Shown in pieces: positions 42,239 through 53,481 of a stretch of DNA of 64,000 bases. Where the stretch lies: contig JBJBDC010000001.1 of NCBI GenBank assembly GCA_047285535.1, forward strand, positions 640,136-704,135. Reading direction: 5' to 3'. This DNA is from Synechococcus sp. (GTDB lineage Bacteria; Cyanobacteriota; Cyanobacteriia; PCC-6307; Cyanobiaceae). The stretch's first letter is position 1. Every line of letters begins with the position of its first letter. The notes under the pieces are model-generated. The model saw nothing but the letters and a program-made list of their open reading frames with translations. It was not told the DNA's origin and ran no database searches. The position numbers and the translations under genes are program-made.

Positions 42239-42305
42239 TTTAGCTTCTGATCTTAAAGGGTTAATTGCGAAAATCATGCTCGCCACTTCAACAAAGGCCT
42301 GAGTT

Positions 42306-44012
42306 TTGAAGGCTTTCGCTGAGCTCGTTGACACACTGGATCGCAGCAGCGGATCCAGTCGCAAAGTAGAGCTGCTGGCACAATATTTGAGAGAAATTCA
42401 ACCGGAGGATGGAGGTTGGGCTCTTGCACTGTTGCTTGACCAACGTCAGCGCCGTCTGATTACAGGTCGAAGGCTGCGTGACATTCTTCAGTCGAGCGTC
42501 GCCATTCCCAACTGGTTATTCGATGACTGCCACAGCCATGTAGGTGATTCCGCAGAAACGGTGAGCCTGCTCTGGCCACAGTTGAGCCAACAACTCACCA
42601 CTCCACCATCAATTCGTGATGAGCGACTCAGCCAACTGATCGCCTCCATTGATGAGAACCAACCACTGCATTGGTGGATGGAGATTCTGATGCCAGCTTT
42701 AGCGTCCAGCGAAGGAGACCTTCAGAACCAGGCAATGGCGTCAGTCTGGTTAGCCGTGCCTGAGCGCCGGCATTTTGTGCTCAACAAACTTCTGACTGGC
42801 GGATTCCGGATTGGTGTGGCAAGAGGTCTGGTCGTGAAAGCTATTGCGAAAGCCTTCTCTCTAGAGGAAACACAGGTCATCGAACGTCTGATGGGAGGCG
42901 TGGAACCCAAGGGCGACTGGTTCACCCAGCTCAAGGCTCCTCAAGCGGGAAAACGTCTGGATCGAGGAGCGATCCCTTACCCGTTTTTTCTTGCAAGCCC
43001 CTTACGAACGGATCAAGCGATGAAGCGTCCGCCAGAAGAATGGTGGATCGAATGGAAGTGGGATGGCATCCGAGGTCAGCTCATCAGACGGATGGATGGG
43101 GTCTATCTCTGGAGCCGCGGAGAAGAGCTGGTGAATGACAGTTTTCCAGAACTGATCGAAATGGCTGAAGACCTGCCGATCAACACAGTGCTTGATGGGG
43201 AAGTGCTCTGTTGGAAGCGAGATGATCAGCGCCCTCTTGCTTTTTCCAGCTTGCAACGCCGTCTAGGCAGGAAACGAGTGGGAGCAAGCCTCAAACAAGA
43301 GTGTCCGGTGCAATTCATGACCTATGACCTCCTGGAACATCAGGGTGAAGATCTGCGTTCCCAGCCTCTGCACCAACGTCTGCATCTCCTGGACAGTGTC
43401 TGTCAAACCTTGAATGGCAAAAACAACTGGCGGTTGAAACGCAGCAGCGGGCAAGCTCTGGTGAGCTGGGCGCAATTGGAACCTCTTCGAACAGCAGCCG
43501 GACAAGGAGGTGCCGAGGGGTTGATGATCAAGCATCTGCAATCGCCCTACCTTGCAGGCCGTAAAAGAGGTCACTGGTGGAAACACAAGTTGGATCCGAT
43601 GACCCTGGATGCGGTGTTGATCTACGCGCAAGCTGGCAGTGGCAGGCGCGCCAATCTGTTCACCGATTACACCTTTGCACTTTGGAACCGCTCCGCGCAG
43701 GATCCGGCAGACCATCATCTGGTGACGTTCGCCAAGGCCTATTCCGGCCTGAACGACGAGGAAATTCTTGTACTGGATCGCTGGATCAGACGCCACACTC
43801 GCGAACGGTTCGGACCCACCCGCATGGTGGATCCTGAACTGGTATTCGAGATCGGATTTGAAGGCATTCAACCCTCAAAGCGACATAAATGTGGGCTTGC
43901 TGTTCGGTTCCCCCGAATCTTGAATTGGCGTCATGATCGCTGCCCGGATAGTGCCGACAGCCTGAGCAGCGCCCAGGAATTACTGAGAATGGAGAACGAT
44001 GCGGTGCGATGA
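42306..44012 (+). CDS. ATP-dependent DNA ligase
   Basis: Motif I EWKWDGIRGQ, VLDGE, EGLMIK, WWKHK, DYTFA, VRFPRI. Confidence 0.95.
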   Translation: MKAFAELVDTLDRSSGSSRKVELLAQYLREIQPEDGGWALALLLDQRQRRLITGRRLRDILQSSVAIPNWLFDDCHSHVGDSAETVSLLWPQLSQQLTTPPSIRDERLSQLIASIDENQPLHWWMEILMPALASSEGDLQNQAMASVWLAVPERRHFVLNKLLTGGFRIGVARGLVVKAIAKAFSLEETQVIERLMGGVEPKGDWFTQLKAPQAGKRLDRGAIPYPFFLASPLRTDQAMKRPPEEWWIEWKWDGIRGQLIRRMDGVYLWSRGEELVNDSFPELIEMAEDLPINTVLDGEVLCWKRDDQRPLAFSSLQRRLGRKRVGASLKQECPVQFMTYDLLEHQGEDLRSQPLHQRLHLLDSVCQTLNGKNNWRLKRSSGQALVSWAQLEPLRTAAGQGGAEGLMIKHLQSPYLAGRKRGHWWKHKLDPMTLDAVLIYAQAGSGRRANLFTDYTFALWNRSAQDPADHHLVTFAKAYSGLNDEEILVLDRWIRRHTRERFGPTRMVDPELVFEIGFEGIQPSKRHKCGLAVRFPRILNWRHDRCPDSADSLSSAQELLRMENDAVR

Positions 44013-46480
44013 ACACCTCGTCCACCCTGTTGACACCGATTCGCAACTGGTTCGGCTGTAAAGGCTGGACACCCCTGCCGTTTCAGGAACAAACCTGGAA
44101 AGCCCATCTCGGCGGACGCTCCGGACTGATTCAGGTCCCCACCGGCTCAGGCAAAACCTATGCCGCCACGATGGCTCCGATCGCCAGAATGCTGGACAGC
44201 AACCTCAAAGACAACAGTGCGCAGGGAATCCAGCTCCTGTACATCACACCCCTAAGGGCCCTGAGCCGAGACCTGGCTCTGGCCATTGAAGAGCCGATCG
44301 CAACCATGCAGTGGTCACTCAGGGTGGGGATCCGCAACGGTGACACAAGCACCATTGAGCGAAATCATCAAATCAAGTCGCCACCTCACATCCTCATCAC
44401 CACACCTGAATCCCTGTGCGTGTTACTTGCGGGCCGTCATGCTGAACGACTGTTTCAAGGACTCAAGACAGTCATTCTTGATGAATGGCATGAATTATTG
44501 GGAAGTAAACGGGGAACACAAACTGAACTGGCAGTCAGCTGGCTGCGACAGCAAAACCCACGAGTGCAGACCTGGGCGATCAGTGCCACGATCGGCAATC
44601 TGCAAACAGCGTCTTTCCATGCACACGGCCATCACACAGGCCAGGATCCACCGGTCTTAATTACAAGCGAAATAAACCGTTCTCTGGAGATAACCAGCAT
44701 CCTTCCCGACCCCATCGATGGCTTTCCCTGGGGCGGTCACCTTGGGCTTCGTCGCTATGAAGACTTGGTCGCAAAACTTGCTCCTGGAATCAGCACACTG
44801 CTGTTCACCAACACCCGCAACCAAGCCGAACGCTGGTATCAATGCCTGCGATACGCCTGTCCGGAAATGGATGGCATGCTCGCGCTGCACCACAGCTCCC
44901 TGGATCGACAGGAGCGGGAAGCGATTGAAGCCAGAGTGAAGAGCGGAGATCTGCAGTGGGTGGTCTGCACAAGCTCTCTCGATCTAGGTGTTGACTTTCA
45001 ACCTGTGGAAAGGGTGGTTCAGATTGGCTCTCCCAAAAACCTGGCCCGACTCCTGCAGAGAGCAGGACGTTCTGCTCACCTGCCTGCAGGACAGTCACAG
45101 ATGGTGTTCATGCCGACCAATGCGTTGGAGTTGCTTGAGCTCAGCGCAGTGCGCAGAGGACTGAACGAGGGTCTGGTTGAAGAGCGCCGACCACCCTTGA
45201 TGCCCCTGGATGTGCTGCTGCAACATCTGACGACCCTGGCCTGCGGACCTGGGTTTTTACCACAACAGGTTTTTGAGACTGTGCGCAGTACCGAAACCTA
45301 CAAAGGCCTCAGCGAGAGTGACTGGAACTGGTGTCTTCAGTTTCTAGAACAGGGTGGTACTTGCCTCGGGGCTTACGAGCGTTACAGAAAATTAGAAGCT
45401 GAGAAGGATGGTCGCCTCGTGGTTAAACAGAGTGCGATCGCAAGATTGCACAGGCTCAATATCGGCACGATTTCGTCGAATAATGCAATCAGGGTTCGGT
45501 TCATTCGAGGTGAAGTGATCGGGCATGTCGAAGAGATGTTCATCAGCCAATTGAAGCCAAAGGACGTCTTTTGCTTCGCCGGACGGCAACTGGAGTTCGT
45601 TCGACTTCGCGAGATGACCGCCTACGTCAAGACCAGTCAACGCAAAAGCAACACCGTTCCAGCATGGAGCGGAGGGCAAATGGCACTCTCAGATCTACTG
45701 ACGCAGCACCTAAGAGATGAAGTGGCCAGGGCGCACAACGGTGACTTGGATTCCCCGGAGCTGAAGGCACTGGAACCACTGTTACAAAGACAAAAAGATC
45801 TCTCTACCTTGCCGACAACTGACCAGCTTCTGATTGAAACCTGTCACACTAGGGAGGGTAGCCACCTTTATGTCTATCCGTTTGAAGGAAGATTTGTGCA
45901 TGAGGGATTAGGTTTTCTATTCGCAACACGTCTCACACGTTGTGAAAAAGGAACCATCACAGTATCAGTCAATGATTACGGATTTGAATTGCTAGGGCCG
46001 AGCAAGTATCCATTTGCAGAATTAATGAAAAAGCGAATGGAGGAACTCCTTTGTGTTCAACATTTAGAAGAAGATCTCGAGCAAGCACTGAATCTTTCCG
46101 AATTATGCAAACGAAGGTTTCGCAGTATTGCTCAAATCGCTGGACTTCTGGTAACAGGCTATCCCGGACAAAAAAAGAACACAGGACAACTGCAAATTAG
46201 CGGTTCATTGCTCTTTGATGTCTTCAGTCGACATGAACCAACCAATCGATTGCTGAGTCAAGCGCGTAACGAAGTACTCAATGAGCAGCTCGAGCTACCG
46301 CGCTTGAAGGCTGCGCTGGATCGAATGGGAAAAGCGGAGATAATCCACAGCGCCACTCCAAGACCTACACCACTGGCTTTTCCCTTACTTGTGGAAAGGT
46401 TGAATTCGAGAATGAGTAATGAATCACTCTTGGAGCGAATCAAGAGGATGCAAAGAGCAGCAATGCGACTGGAAGACTGA
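44009..46480 (+). CDS. Ligase-associated Lhr-core DEXH helicase
   Basis: PTGSGKT, TPLRAL, DEWHE, SAT, HHSSL, LDLGVDF, QRAGRS, IGTI; start overlaps the ligase stop. Confidence 0.95.
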   Translation: MNTSSTLLTPIRNWFGCKGWTPLPFQEQTWKAHLGGRSGLIQVPTGSGKTYAATMAPIARMLDSNLKDNSAQGIQLLYITPLRALSRDLALAIEEPIATMQWSLRVGIRNGDTSTIERNHQIKSPPHILITTPESLCVLLAGRHAERLFQGLKTVILDEWHELLGSKRGTQTELAVSWLRQQNPRVQTWAISATIGNLQTASFHAHGHHTGQDPPVLITSEINRSLEITSILPDPIDGFPWGGHLGLRRYEDLVAKLAPGISTLLFTNTRNQAERWYQCLRYACPEMDGMLALHHSSLDRQEREAIEARVKSGDLQWVVCTSSLDLGVDFQPVERVVQIGSPKNLARLLQRAGRSAHLPAGQSQMVFMPTNALELLELSAVRRGLNEGLVEERRPPLMPLDVLLQHLTTLACGPGFLPQQVFETVRSTETYKGLSESDWNWCLQFLEQGGTCLGAYERYRKLEAEKDGRLVVKQSAIARLHRLNIGTISSNNAIRVRFIRGEVIGHVEEMFISQLKPKDVFCFAGRQLEFVRLREMTAYVKTSQRKSNTVPAWSGGQMALSDLLTQHLRDEVARAHNGDLDSPELKALEPLLQRQKDLSTLPTTDQLLIETCHTREGSHLYVYPFEGRFVHEGLGFLFATRLTRCEKGTITVSVNDYGFELLGPSKYPFAELMKKRMEELLCVQHLEEDLEQALNLSELCKRRFRSIAQIAGLLVTGYPGQKKNTGQLQISGSLLFDVFSRHEPTNRLLSQARNEVLNEQLELPRLKAALDRMGKAEIIHSATPRPTPLAFPLLVERLNSRMSNESLLERIKRMQRAAMRLED

Positions 46481-46803
46481 CGTACACAAAAAGAATAAGC
46501 AAATTACATAGCAAAACAAGAGAACGAAAACTAGGTGCCAAAAAATCAATATCAAGAACTCTCGTCTCTTGCATCAAGCAGTGACAGATCACCTAACATT
46601 AAAAACAAGAGAAACGACGAAGATTATTCGGTTTCTAGGGCGGACACAGCAGGTTCAATGGAGCTTAAAGAATAGAACGAACTACCAAAACAATGAACTC
46701 TCCGCACATTCATTCAGACACATGAGCAGTATCGAGGGTCAACCTCAATCAAAAACACCTAGAATGAAAAATAAGAAACGACACCCTAGATTTGCTCAAA
46801 ACC

Positions 46804-47286
46804 ATGAGGGAATTAGAAACGGTTGCGAACTACCCGCGACCACCGCGGATCGAGATGATCAATGGTCCGGTAATAGTGGAGATTGGAGAGGAAATCATTG
46901 CTGAGGATAATCAATACATCCGAGTATGTGAAACGTATCATCCACCGAGCATTTACATCAATCCAGAAGCATTTTATGACGGTACGTTGAAGATCGCAGT
47001 AGGACAATGCTCATTTTGCGAGTGGAAAGGAATAGCCTCCTATTGGGATCTAAGTAAAGCAGATGGTAGTGATCTGAGAAAACAAGCTGGATGGAGCTAC
47101 CCCAACCCATCAAAACAGTTTGAATCCCTTAGAAATTGGATCAGCCTTTATCCAGAGATGGTTGATTCCTGCAAAATCGAAGGCGAGTCTGTAAGGCCAC
47201 AGCCAGGAAGATTTTATGGAGGATGGATCACAAGTTGGATAGTCGGCCCGTTCAAGGGTGATCCAAACCATCCAGAGTTGGTCTAA
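46804..47286 (+). CDS. DUF427 family protein
   Basis: YPRPP, ETYHPP.IY, SFCEWKG.A.YW, AGWSYP.P, FYGGWIT. Confidence 0.88.
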   Translation: MRELETVANYPRPPRIEMINGPVIVEIGEEIIAEDNQYIRVCETYHPPSIYINPEAFYDGTLKIAVGQCSFCEWKGIASYWDLSKADGSDLRKQAGWSYPNPSKQFESLRNWISLYPEMVDSCKIEGESVRPQPGRFYGGWITSWIVGPFKGDPNHPELV

Positions 47287-47825
47287 TGAATCAAAGCGAT
47301 CAACTCATCAAACTATTACGGACAGATCCGAACAGTAAGACGATAGGAAATTTGATTTCGGAAGTTGAAAGCAACTCCAAGTTCGATTTGAAGACAGACT
47401 CACACCTGTTGAGAGGGGTCTGGGAACTGAGATGGAGTAGTTCAACCCAACCATGGCTGAAGCAGGGTCCATGGCTGGAAAACCTTCAGATCTTAGATCC
47501 ATTGAAGGGGCAAGGCATGAATGTGCTAAGAGTTCGAGGTCCAATGAAAGCCATTGCAGCAATAGCGGTAGAAGCAAAGCTGACAATTGTAGACAGCAAA
47601 CGAGTGAATGTAAAATTCATACGTGGAGGATGGCTAGGCCCATCAATGAATAACAAAGGAAGACTTAAATTACTTGTAAGGATAAATCAAACATATCCTG
47701 CGTGGTTAGATATCACCACAGCCAATGAAGAATTGCGAATCTGCCGTGGGAATGCAGGCACTCTTTTCTGCCTGCTAAAAAGACATGACTTAGACGTTAA
47801 AGATTGGATCAAAGACAAACCTTAG
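47286..47825 (+). CDS. PAP/fibrillin family protein
   Basis: L.GVWELRWSS, WLDIT...LRICRGNAG.LF; start overlaps the DUF427 stop. Confidence 0.85.
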   Translation: MNQSDQLIKLLRTDPNSKTIGNLISEVESNSKFDLKTDSHLLRGVWELRWSSSTQPWLKQGPWLENLQILDPLKGQGMNVLRVRGPMKAIAAIAVEAKLTIVDSKRVNVKFIRGGWLGPSMNNKGRLKLLVRINQTYPAWLDITTANEELRICRGNAGTLFCLLKRHDLDVKDWIKDKP

Positions 47826-48764
47826 CAGCAAAGCATGAATCCATAAAAGGCAAAGCGTCAATCCATTTTAGATCCAATGATGGTATTAAGGATAAAAGCC
47901 GATTCTGATCAACATCAGAGAGAGGATCGAGCCACGGGCGACGTCGGATTGAGTCACATTCTTAACCAAGGCAGACAAGGATGAATAACAAAGACATAGG
48001 AACTGTCTTATGGGCAGTTCCCAGAGGAAACGGTTGAGACAAGGAAAAAATGATAAAAGACGAAAGGAATCAGGAAAAACAGAGAGATAAAGCTGATCAA
48101 AGAAATAACGATTAAAATCAATATCATCAGGTACTGCTCAACGCTTAAAAGCCGTAAGCTTAGAAAGGATAATAATCAAGAAACAAATATTGCGGCACGT
48201 CGATAAGAAAGACAATGGTTTACTCGTTACAGTAGAAGTGAGATAGAAGGAATGTCTCAAGGTAGCACTTAGCCACTTCCTGGAAAGAGAGAGATCGACA
48301 GTGCAAAAGCCAGCAAAGACAAAACACAAGATGAAAAAATAGAATCAATAGTAAAAAACAAAAGTCACCAGATCAATCAACTCTAGGCATGACTTATTTA
48401 AAACATGGAAACCCATAATTGATCAAGCGAATGAAATTTAAAACTCAACGGGCAAAGGATGGTAAAACTCGAATATATTCGTGAAGCGCGAACCGAAGAG
48501 AAGAGGATTAAAAAACAATGACTAAATTAGATGGATAAAGAGATCGGGGGCCTTCCAGAGATGAAAATAGATTTACTCATAATTGAAAGTCAGTATTGTC
48601 GGCAGATCAGCACAAATGACGTCATAATGAAAAGCTGTGGATAGAAAAACTAATCGCAAAAGCATGAAATATCATAAGCAGCTCTAAATTGATATCATGA
48701 AAACAATCCAGTAAATACGCATACGTGCTTGATCTCAAACCGATAGCCTGAAACCATCTGATCG

Positions 48765-49130
48765 ATGGCTAGTATGCAGTCTGCCAGGATAAAGCGATTG
48801 ATTTTCCCTTATCTTGCCATTGGTGTCATTATTTCATTATTCTTCAAGCCATGCTTGAGCCTCTATCGATTCGTTTTGCATTGGGCAATTTTACTTATCT
48901 TGTCTCCGTGGATAGTTGGTAAAGCCTTGAGTGCTCGATGGGCAGAAGATGATTACGGAAATGGACCAAAGCTGATCGCATTTCCCATAGCGGTAGGTGG
49001 ATACTGGCTTTTATATGGATCCTATGTTCATCCAGAATATTCCTTATTTCCGCTATTTATTTACTACTTTGTTGCCTGGCCTGCGTTTCGACACAGCGAT
49101 GCATGGGAAAAACTGAACAGGCGTTCTTAA
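48765..49130 (+). CDS. Hypothetical membrane protein
   Basis: 121-aa ORF with about four hydrophobic segments. Confidence 0.55.
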   Translation: MASMQSARIKRLIFPYLAIGVIISLFFKPCLSLYRFVLHWAILLILSPWIVGKALSARWAEDDYGNGPKLIAFPIAVGGYWLLYGSYVHPEYSLFPLFIYYFVAWPAFRHSDAWEKLNRRS

Positions 49131-49319
49131 CAAGAGAACGGGTTGGCACTGAAAACACTTCAATGCAAAGCAATGATGGGCGACAGTTTCGAGAATCAGC
49201 CGATAGTAGAATGAATGTGGTCACAAACATGAAACGGACTCAGCAGTAACTAACTCTATAGATATAAAATGATGATTAAGTAATTTATGACGAGATGTAC
49301 AATGGTTAAAACAAATTCA

Positions 49320-50117
49320 CTACTCATTAATCAGTAACTGATAGGCTTGATTAAGTTGCTGGAATGCATCATCTGTTCCACCAACATCAGGATGGTGTTG
49401 TTTGACTAATCGTCGATAAGCATTTTTTATAGATGCCTGAGATGCACCCATCTCTAAACCAAGCACATGAAGGGCAAAAGAGCGTGTGCAGTCAGCATTT
49501 GCCTGATAGGAACGGTAGGACGATGTATAGCGATCAGATTCGTGTCGATCAGATCGAGTACGACGATTATGTCGCATGATTTGGAGTTGATTACATAAGT
49601 CATGAACGACTCTTTGAGGATCCTCGTCTAGCCATTCACAGGACCGAATGCCATAAAGAGCAAAGGATGCAAGGACAGCACATCGTTTTTTCGTGATGGG
49701 TCGGGATATAGCAGCAAATAAATCAGATCCAAGACCAGAAACCAAATGATCTAAACGATCCTGGAGATTGAGATGTGAATGAAAGCTCTTACGATTCAGA
49801 GAGTCAATCAAAGCCTCGAGTTCTCTAAGACGCAAGAGACTCCATCCTTTTTGGATGGCAAGTTGTTCACCCCAACGCTCAACTTGAACCAAGGTGACCT
49901 TGGGAACGGAGTGTCTAGGCTGATCAGACGAATTGGGGTGGTTCGATTGAGTATGGAGCTGCTGATGTTGACGAAGGAGAGCAAGTTGGCGTTTAAGTTC
50001 CTGAATTTCGAAACGCAGAGCCTCATTTTCGGCTAGAAGAGCATCCACGTTGCTTGTAACGTTATGACCTCTGTTCGTGGCTGAAGCAGAAGACCAGCTT
50101 CGAGGATCAAAGCCCAT
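49320..50117 (-). CDS. C-terminal J-domain (DnaJ-like) protein with N-terminal coiled coil
   Basis: VLGL...IKNAYRRLVKQHHPDVGG...F..LNQAY; heptad-rich LLAENEALRFEIQELKRQL. Confidence 0.85.
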   Translation of the reverse strand: MGFDPRSWSSASATNRGHNVTSNVDALLAENEALRFEIQELKRQLALLRQHQQLHTQSNHPNSSDQPRHSVPKVTLVQVERWGEQLAIQKGWSLLRLRELEALIDSLNRKSFHSHLNLQDRLDHLVSGLGSDLFAAISRPITKKRCAVLASFALYGIRSCEWLDEDPQRVVHDLCNQLQIMRHNRRTRSDRHESDRYTSSYRSYQANADCTRSFALHVLGLEMGASQASIKNAYRRLVKQHHPDVGGTDDAFQQLNQAYQLLINE

Positions 50118-50425
50118 GAGCTAAGAAGCGAATCCTTTGCGTTAAACGCAGATCAATGGGGATTAGGCTATAGATTCGGATCATCAGTCAATGTTCAAAA
50201 ACAATAACCTCCTCAAGGATAGGAGATGAGAGGATCGCTGTTTATAGACTGGATGATTGCATGAAAAAGAAAAGGACGGGACTCATTGTGTTGCCATAAG
50301 GTATGTTATGAGTTCGTGAGTGAAAAGATCAAAAAGCGATAGTATAACAACACTTTTAATCAAATAGCATTGGCAGCAAACAAATCCCTAACACAAGAAA
50401 ACATCTATCTTGACAAATCAATCCC

Positions 50426-51148
50426 ATGAATATCATTCTGATCCAAAATGGAGATTTTATACCTCACACCAATAGAGTTGTGATTAATGACAAACGACTA
50501 ACACATATAAGGACTGTACTGAAAGCTGATACCGGCGATTCCTTAAAACTTGGCTTATGTGGAGGAAATCGGGGATACGGAATCATTACGACGATTGGGC
50601 AAGACGAAGTGATTTTGGATGTTGTCCTGAATGAAGCTCCACCATCTCGCCATTCATTTGACATTGTCTTGGCGTTGCCAAGACCCAAAATGCTGAGAAG
50701 AATCTTACGAACCGTTGCTGAGTTTGGAGTCAAGAATCTACATTTAATCAACAGTGCAAGAGTAGAAAAGAGTTATTGGCAAAGTCCACTACTGAGACCT
50801 GAAAAAATCAATGCCGCTCTTATTTCAGGGATGGAGAGATCCTGCGATACTCTAATTACAAATGTAGTTTTACATCAACGTTTCAGGCCATTTATTGAAG
50901 ATCAATTGCCAGAATTATGCAAAGATCGTCCTTGCTTGCTTGCAGACAAGAATGCTACTGTTTCTGTAACGGACAATGATGCACTATCGGCAGTAGTGAT
51001 GATTGGCCCTGAAGGTGGTTTTGTGCCGTTTGAGATCCAATTAGCCACCTCCTTAATTGCAAAACCTATCCATCTTGGTGAGCGAACGCTAAGTGTGGAT
51101 ACCGCGGTCACAACAGTTCTGGCTCAAGCTCTACCAACAAACAAATAG
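50426..51148 (+). CDS. rsmE: 16S rRNA m3U1498 methyltransferase RsmE-like
   Basis: SPOUT motifs IGPEGGF and LGERTLSVDTA; ALPRPK.LRR. Confidence 0.85.
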   Translation: MNIILIQNGDFIPHTNRVVINDKRLTHIRTVLKADTGDSLKLGLCGGNRGYGIITTIGQDEVILDVVLNEAPPSRHSFDIVLALPRPKMLRRILRTVAEFGVKNLHLINSARVEKSYWQSPLLRPEKINAALISGMERSCDTLITNVVLHQRFRPFIEDQLPELCKDRPCLLADKNATVSVTDNDALSAVVMIGPEGGFVPFEIQLATSLIAKPIHLGERTLSVDTAVTTVLAQALPTNK

Positions 51149-51330
51149 AAAGGACGTAGAAACCATGACGCGGGATGGAATCTTACAATTGAAGCCTGTA
51201 ATAACAGGAATCATTCAATACGTACTAATTAATAAAACCAAGGACGAACAATATTTCAAGGCTTGAGGATTAAGGATAGAATGTATTGAACTCAGTAATG
51301 CACTAGGACGTTCTATTTTCTAATCGCTAG

Positions 51331-51498
51331 TCAAAAATCATCTGTGGCCGATTGTAGTAGTTCAAGAAGTTCATGAAGTTCACTATTTGTGACCATCCAA
51401 TCACCATCCTGATCCTTGGTCACATGGGTTGATTTGAGCATCCATGCGTCCTCTAGCTTCAACAACTGGAAATGCTTTGATTTGTGATCTTGCATCAT
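51331..51498 (-). CDS. Small hypothetical protein (55 aa, not in ORF track)
   Basis: Manual translation MMQDHKSKHFQLLKLEDAWMLKSTHVTKDQDGDWMVTNSELHELLELLQSATDDF. Confidence 0.4.
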   Translation of the reverse strand: MMQDHKSKHFQLLKLEDAWMLKSTHVTKDQDGDWMVTNSELHELLELLQSATDDF

Positions 51499-51871
51499 AT
51501 AAAAGGCACTGCCATTGTTATAGCCATGACAAGCCGAAGTCTCAACAGCGTTCCTTTAAGGTCTCGAACGACAAGCCCCACGCTCTTACAGATAAAGCCG
51601 TTATGCGATCGTGGCCATCAACAAGAGCTAAGCGCTCTACCAGATCATCAATCGGAACCTTGTGAAGCCTGTGGATACAACACTCAGGAATAAAAAGCCA
51701 ACACAGATGGACTCCTGTAGCAAAACTAGATGAAAGAACCTATCAGGCAGATCAGATGAAACAACATTGAGAGACTTGATCTGTGAGGGCACACAGACAA
51801 CAGATCAGGGCAGCAAAATTCAAAACGCAATCAAGCCTTGATGCAAACTATCTACAGAATCAAGAAGATCC

Positions 51872-52537
51872 TTGGCCACTTTTTTAGTCACCGGTGCAAA
51901 CAGAGGCATCGGTCTTGAGTTCTGTCGGCAGTTGCAGGTTCGCGGGGATCAGGTCGTTGCGGTATGTCGCCAATCATGCGCAGAACTGGAGGATCTTGAT
52001 GTTGAGATCAAACAAGGCATCGAACTGACGTCCCAAGACTCAATTAGGGATCTAGTGGATGACTTGGATGGTCGGCCACTTGATGGAGTTATCCTGAATG
52101 CTGGTACAGCTCAATCAATGAGCCTGGAGAATTTAGATCCCGAAGGAATTAGATACCAGTTTGAGGTGAATGCCTTGGCTCCGTTGATGTTGGCACAAGC
52201 CTTAGTACCGCAGATGCCTCAAGGGGCGAAGTTGGTATTGATTACAAGCCGCATGGGTTCGATTGACGACAATACATCAGGAGGCTCTTACGCCTATCGA
52301 ATGTCAAAAGTGGCTCTCAATATTGCCGGACGATCGTTGTCAATTGATCTCAAAGATCGAGGCATAGCCGTCGCAATCCTGCACCCAGGACTAGTACGTA
52401 CAAGAATGATCAAATTCAACCCAAGGGGCATCAGCCCAAAAAGCGCAGTGGAGGGACTTTTAAAACGGATTAACGAACTTAAATTAGAATCAAGCGGAAC
52501 ATTTTGGCATGCAAACGGCGAGACACTACCATGGTAA
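51872..52537 (+). CDS. Short-chain dehydrogenase/reductase (CsgA/C-factor-like)
   Basis: TGANRGIG, ILNAG, SRMGS, YRMSK catalytic motif, LHPGLVRT. Confidence 0.92.
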   Translation: MATFLVTGANRGIGLEFCRQLQVRGDQVVAVCRQSCAELEDLDVEIKQGIELTSQDSIRDLVDDLDGRPLDGVILNAGTAQSMSLENLDPEGIRYQFEVNALAPLMLAQALVPQMPQGAKLVLITSRMGSIDDNTSGGSYAYRMSKVALNIAGRSLSIDLKDRGIAVAILHPGLVRTRMIKFNPRGISPKSAVEGLLKRINELKLESSGTFWHANGETLPW

Positions 52538-52632
52538 TGAATCTAAATGACTCAATCTCATAAAAGTGAAAGTTCAAGAAAGAGAGTTTATGCTTCAACC
52601 CAAATACCATCACACAAAGTTGATCAAAGAGA

Positions 52633-53481
52633 TTAAATAGATATCGGCATCAACATCGAAGGTGTACACAACGTGAATCCTGTTGATTTAATCTTCTGAT
52701 TAGATACTCTTGCATTCATCGTTCGGGTTGAAGAATTATTTTCATCAGCCCAAATCACTGGAGGCAACCCATCAAAATCACAAATCTGATTTGATAGTTC
52801 ACGGCGAGTGAGTTGCATGTCATCGACTAAGTTGTAGATGCCCACAAGCTGATTGCTGAAAGCAAAGCTTGCCCCCCTTGTGATGTCAAAGATAGAACTC
52901 CAAGCAGGTACGTCATTACCATTTTTAGCAATCCGTTCACCGGCTGCCTGTTTAATCATCGAAACCATGTCGCGATCTGGACCATAAATACCGCCTAGAC
53001 GAAACACACAAATGCGCGTATCGGGGCGGTCAATCGATAACAGAACCCTTTCCGCCTCCACCAACATCGCGTTGATGGGATTGGAACAATCCACAGTCGA
53101 TTCTTCTGTGACAGTTTGACCCTTTTGATCTCCATAGACGCCAGCTGAACTGATGTAAGTCACATGTATCGGTTGAGTCGATGTTCTGCGAAGCAATGCT
53201 CTCGCAAGGTTCTTGATACCCCCTGAAAAAATTTCGCGATAGCCGTCTCCTGATTGGCTGGGAGCCACACTGATTAACAAGCCTTGTTGATGCTCCAGAA
53301 AAGTGAAATCGGAATTGAAATCTTCTAGATCCAGGGTGATCGGCTCATGCAGAACCCTTCGCAGTTCAGAAAAACGCTGGGGAGAACGGGTAGTACCGGT
53401 GAGGTAGTGGCCCTGAGATTTTAGGCATGCTGCAACATGGCTTCCCACATAACCACATCCAACAACAGCGAATGAAGACAT
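52633..53481 (-). CDS. NAD-dependent epimerase/dehydratase family protein
   Basis: GCGYVG, GTTRS, YISSAGVYG, RLGGIYGP, RVSNQK. Confidence 0.88.
   Translation of the reverse strand: MSSFAVVGCGYVGSHVAACLKSQGHYLTGTTRSPQRFSELRRVLHEPITLDLEDFNSDFTFLEHQQGLLISVAPSQSGDGYREIFSGGIKNLARALLRRTSTQPIHVTYISSAGVYGDQKGQTVTEESTVDCSNPINAMLVEAERVLLSIDRPDTRICVFRLGGIYGPDRDMVSMIKQAAGERIAKNGNDVPAWSSIFDITRGASFAFSNQLVGIYNLVDDMQLTRRELSNQICDFDGLPPVIWADENNSSTRTMNARVSNQKIKSTGFTLCTPSMLMPISI

Noticed and set aside
48711..48724. GTA-N8-TAC NtcA-like site upstream of the 48765 ORF
   Set aside because: Flanks are non-canonical and the nearest TAN3T is 19 nt away rather than about 22; likely chance.
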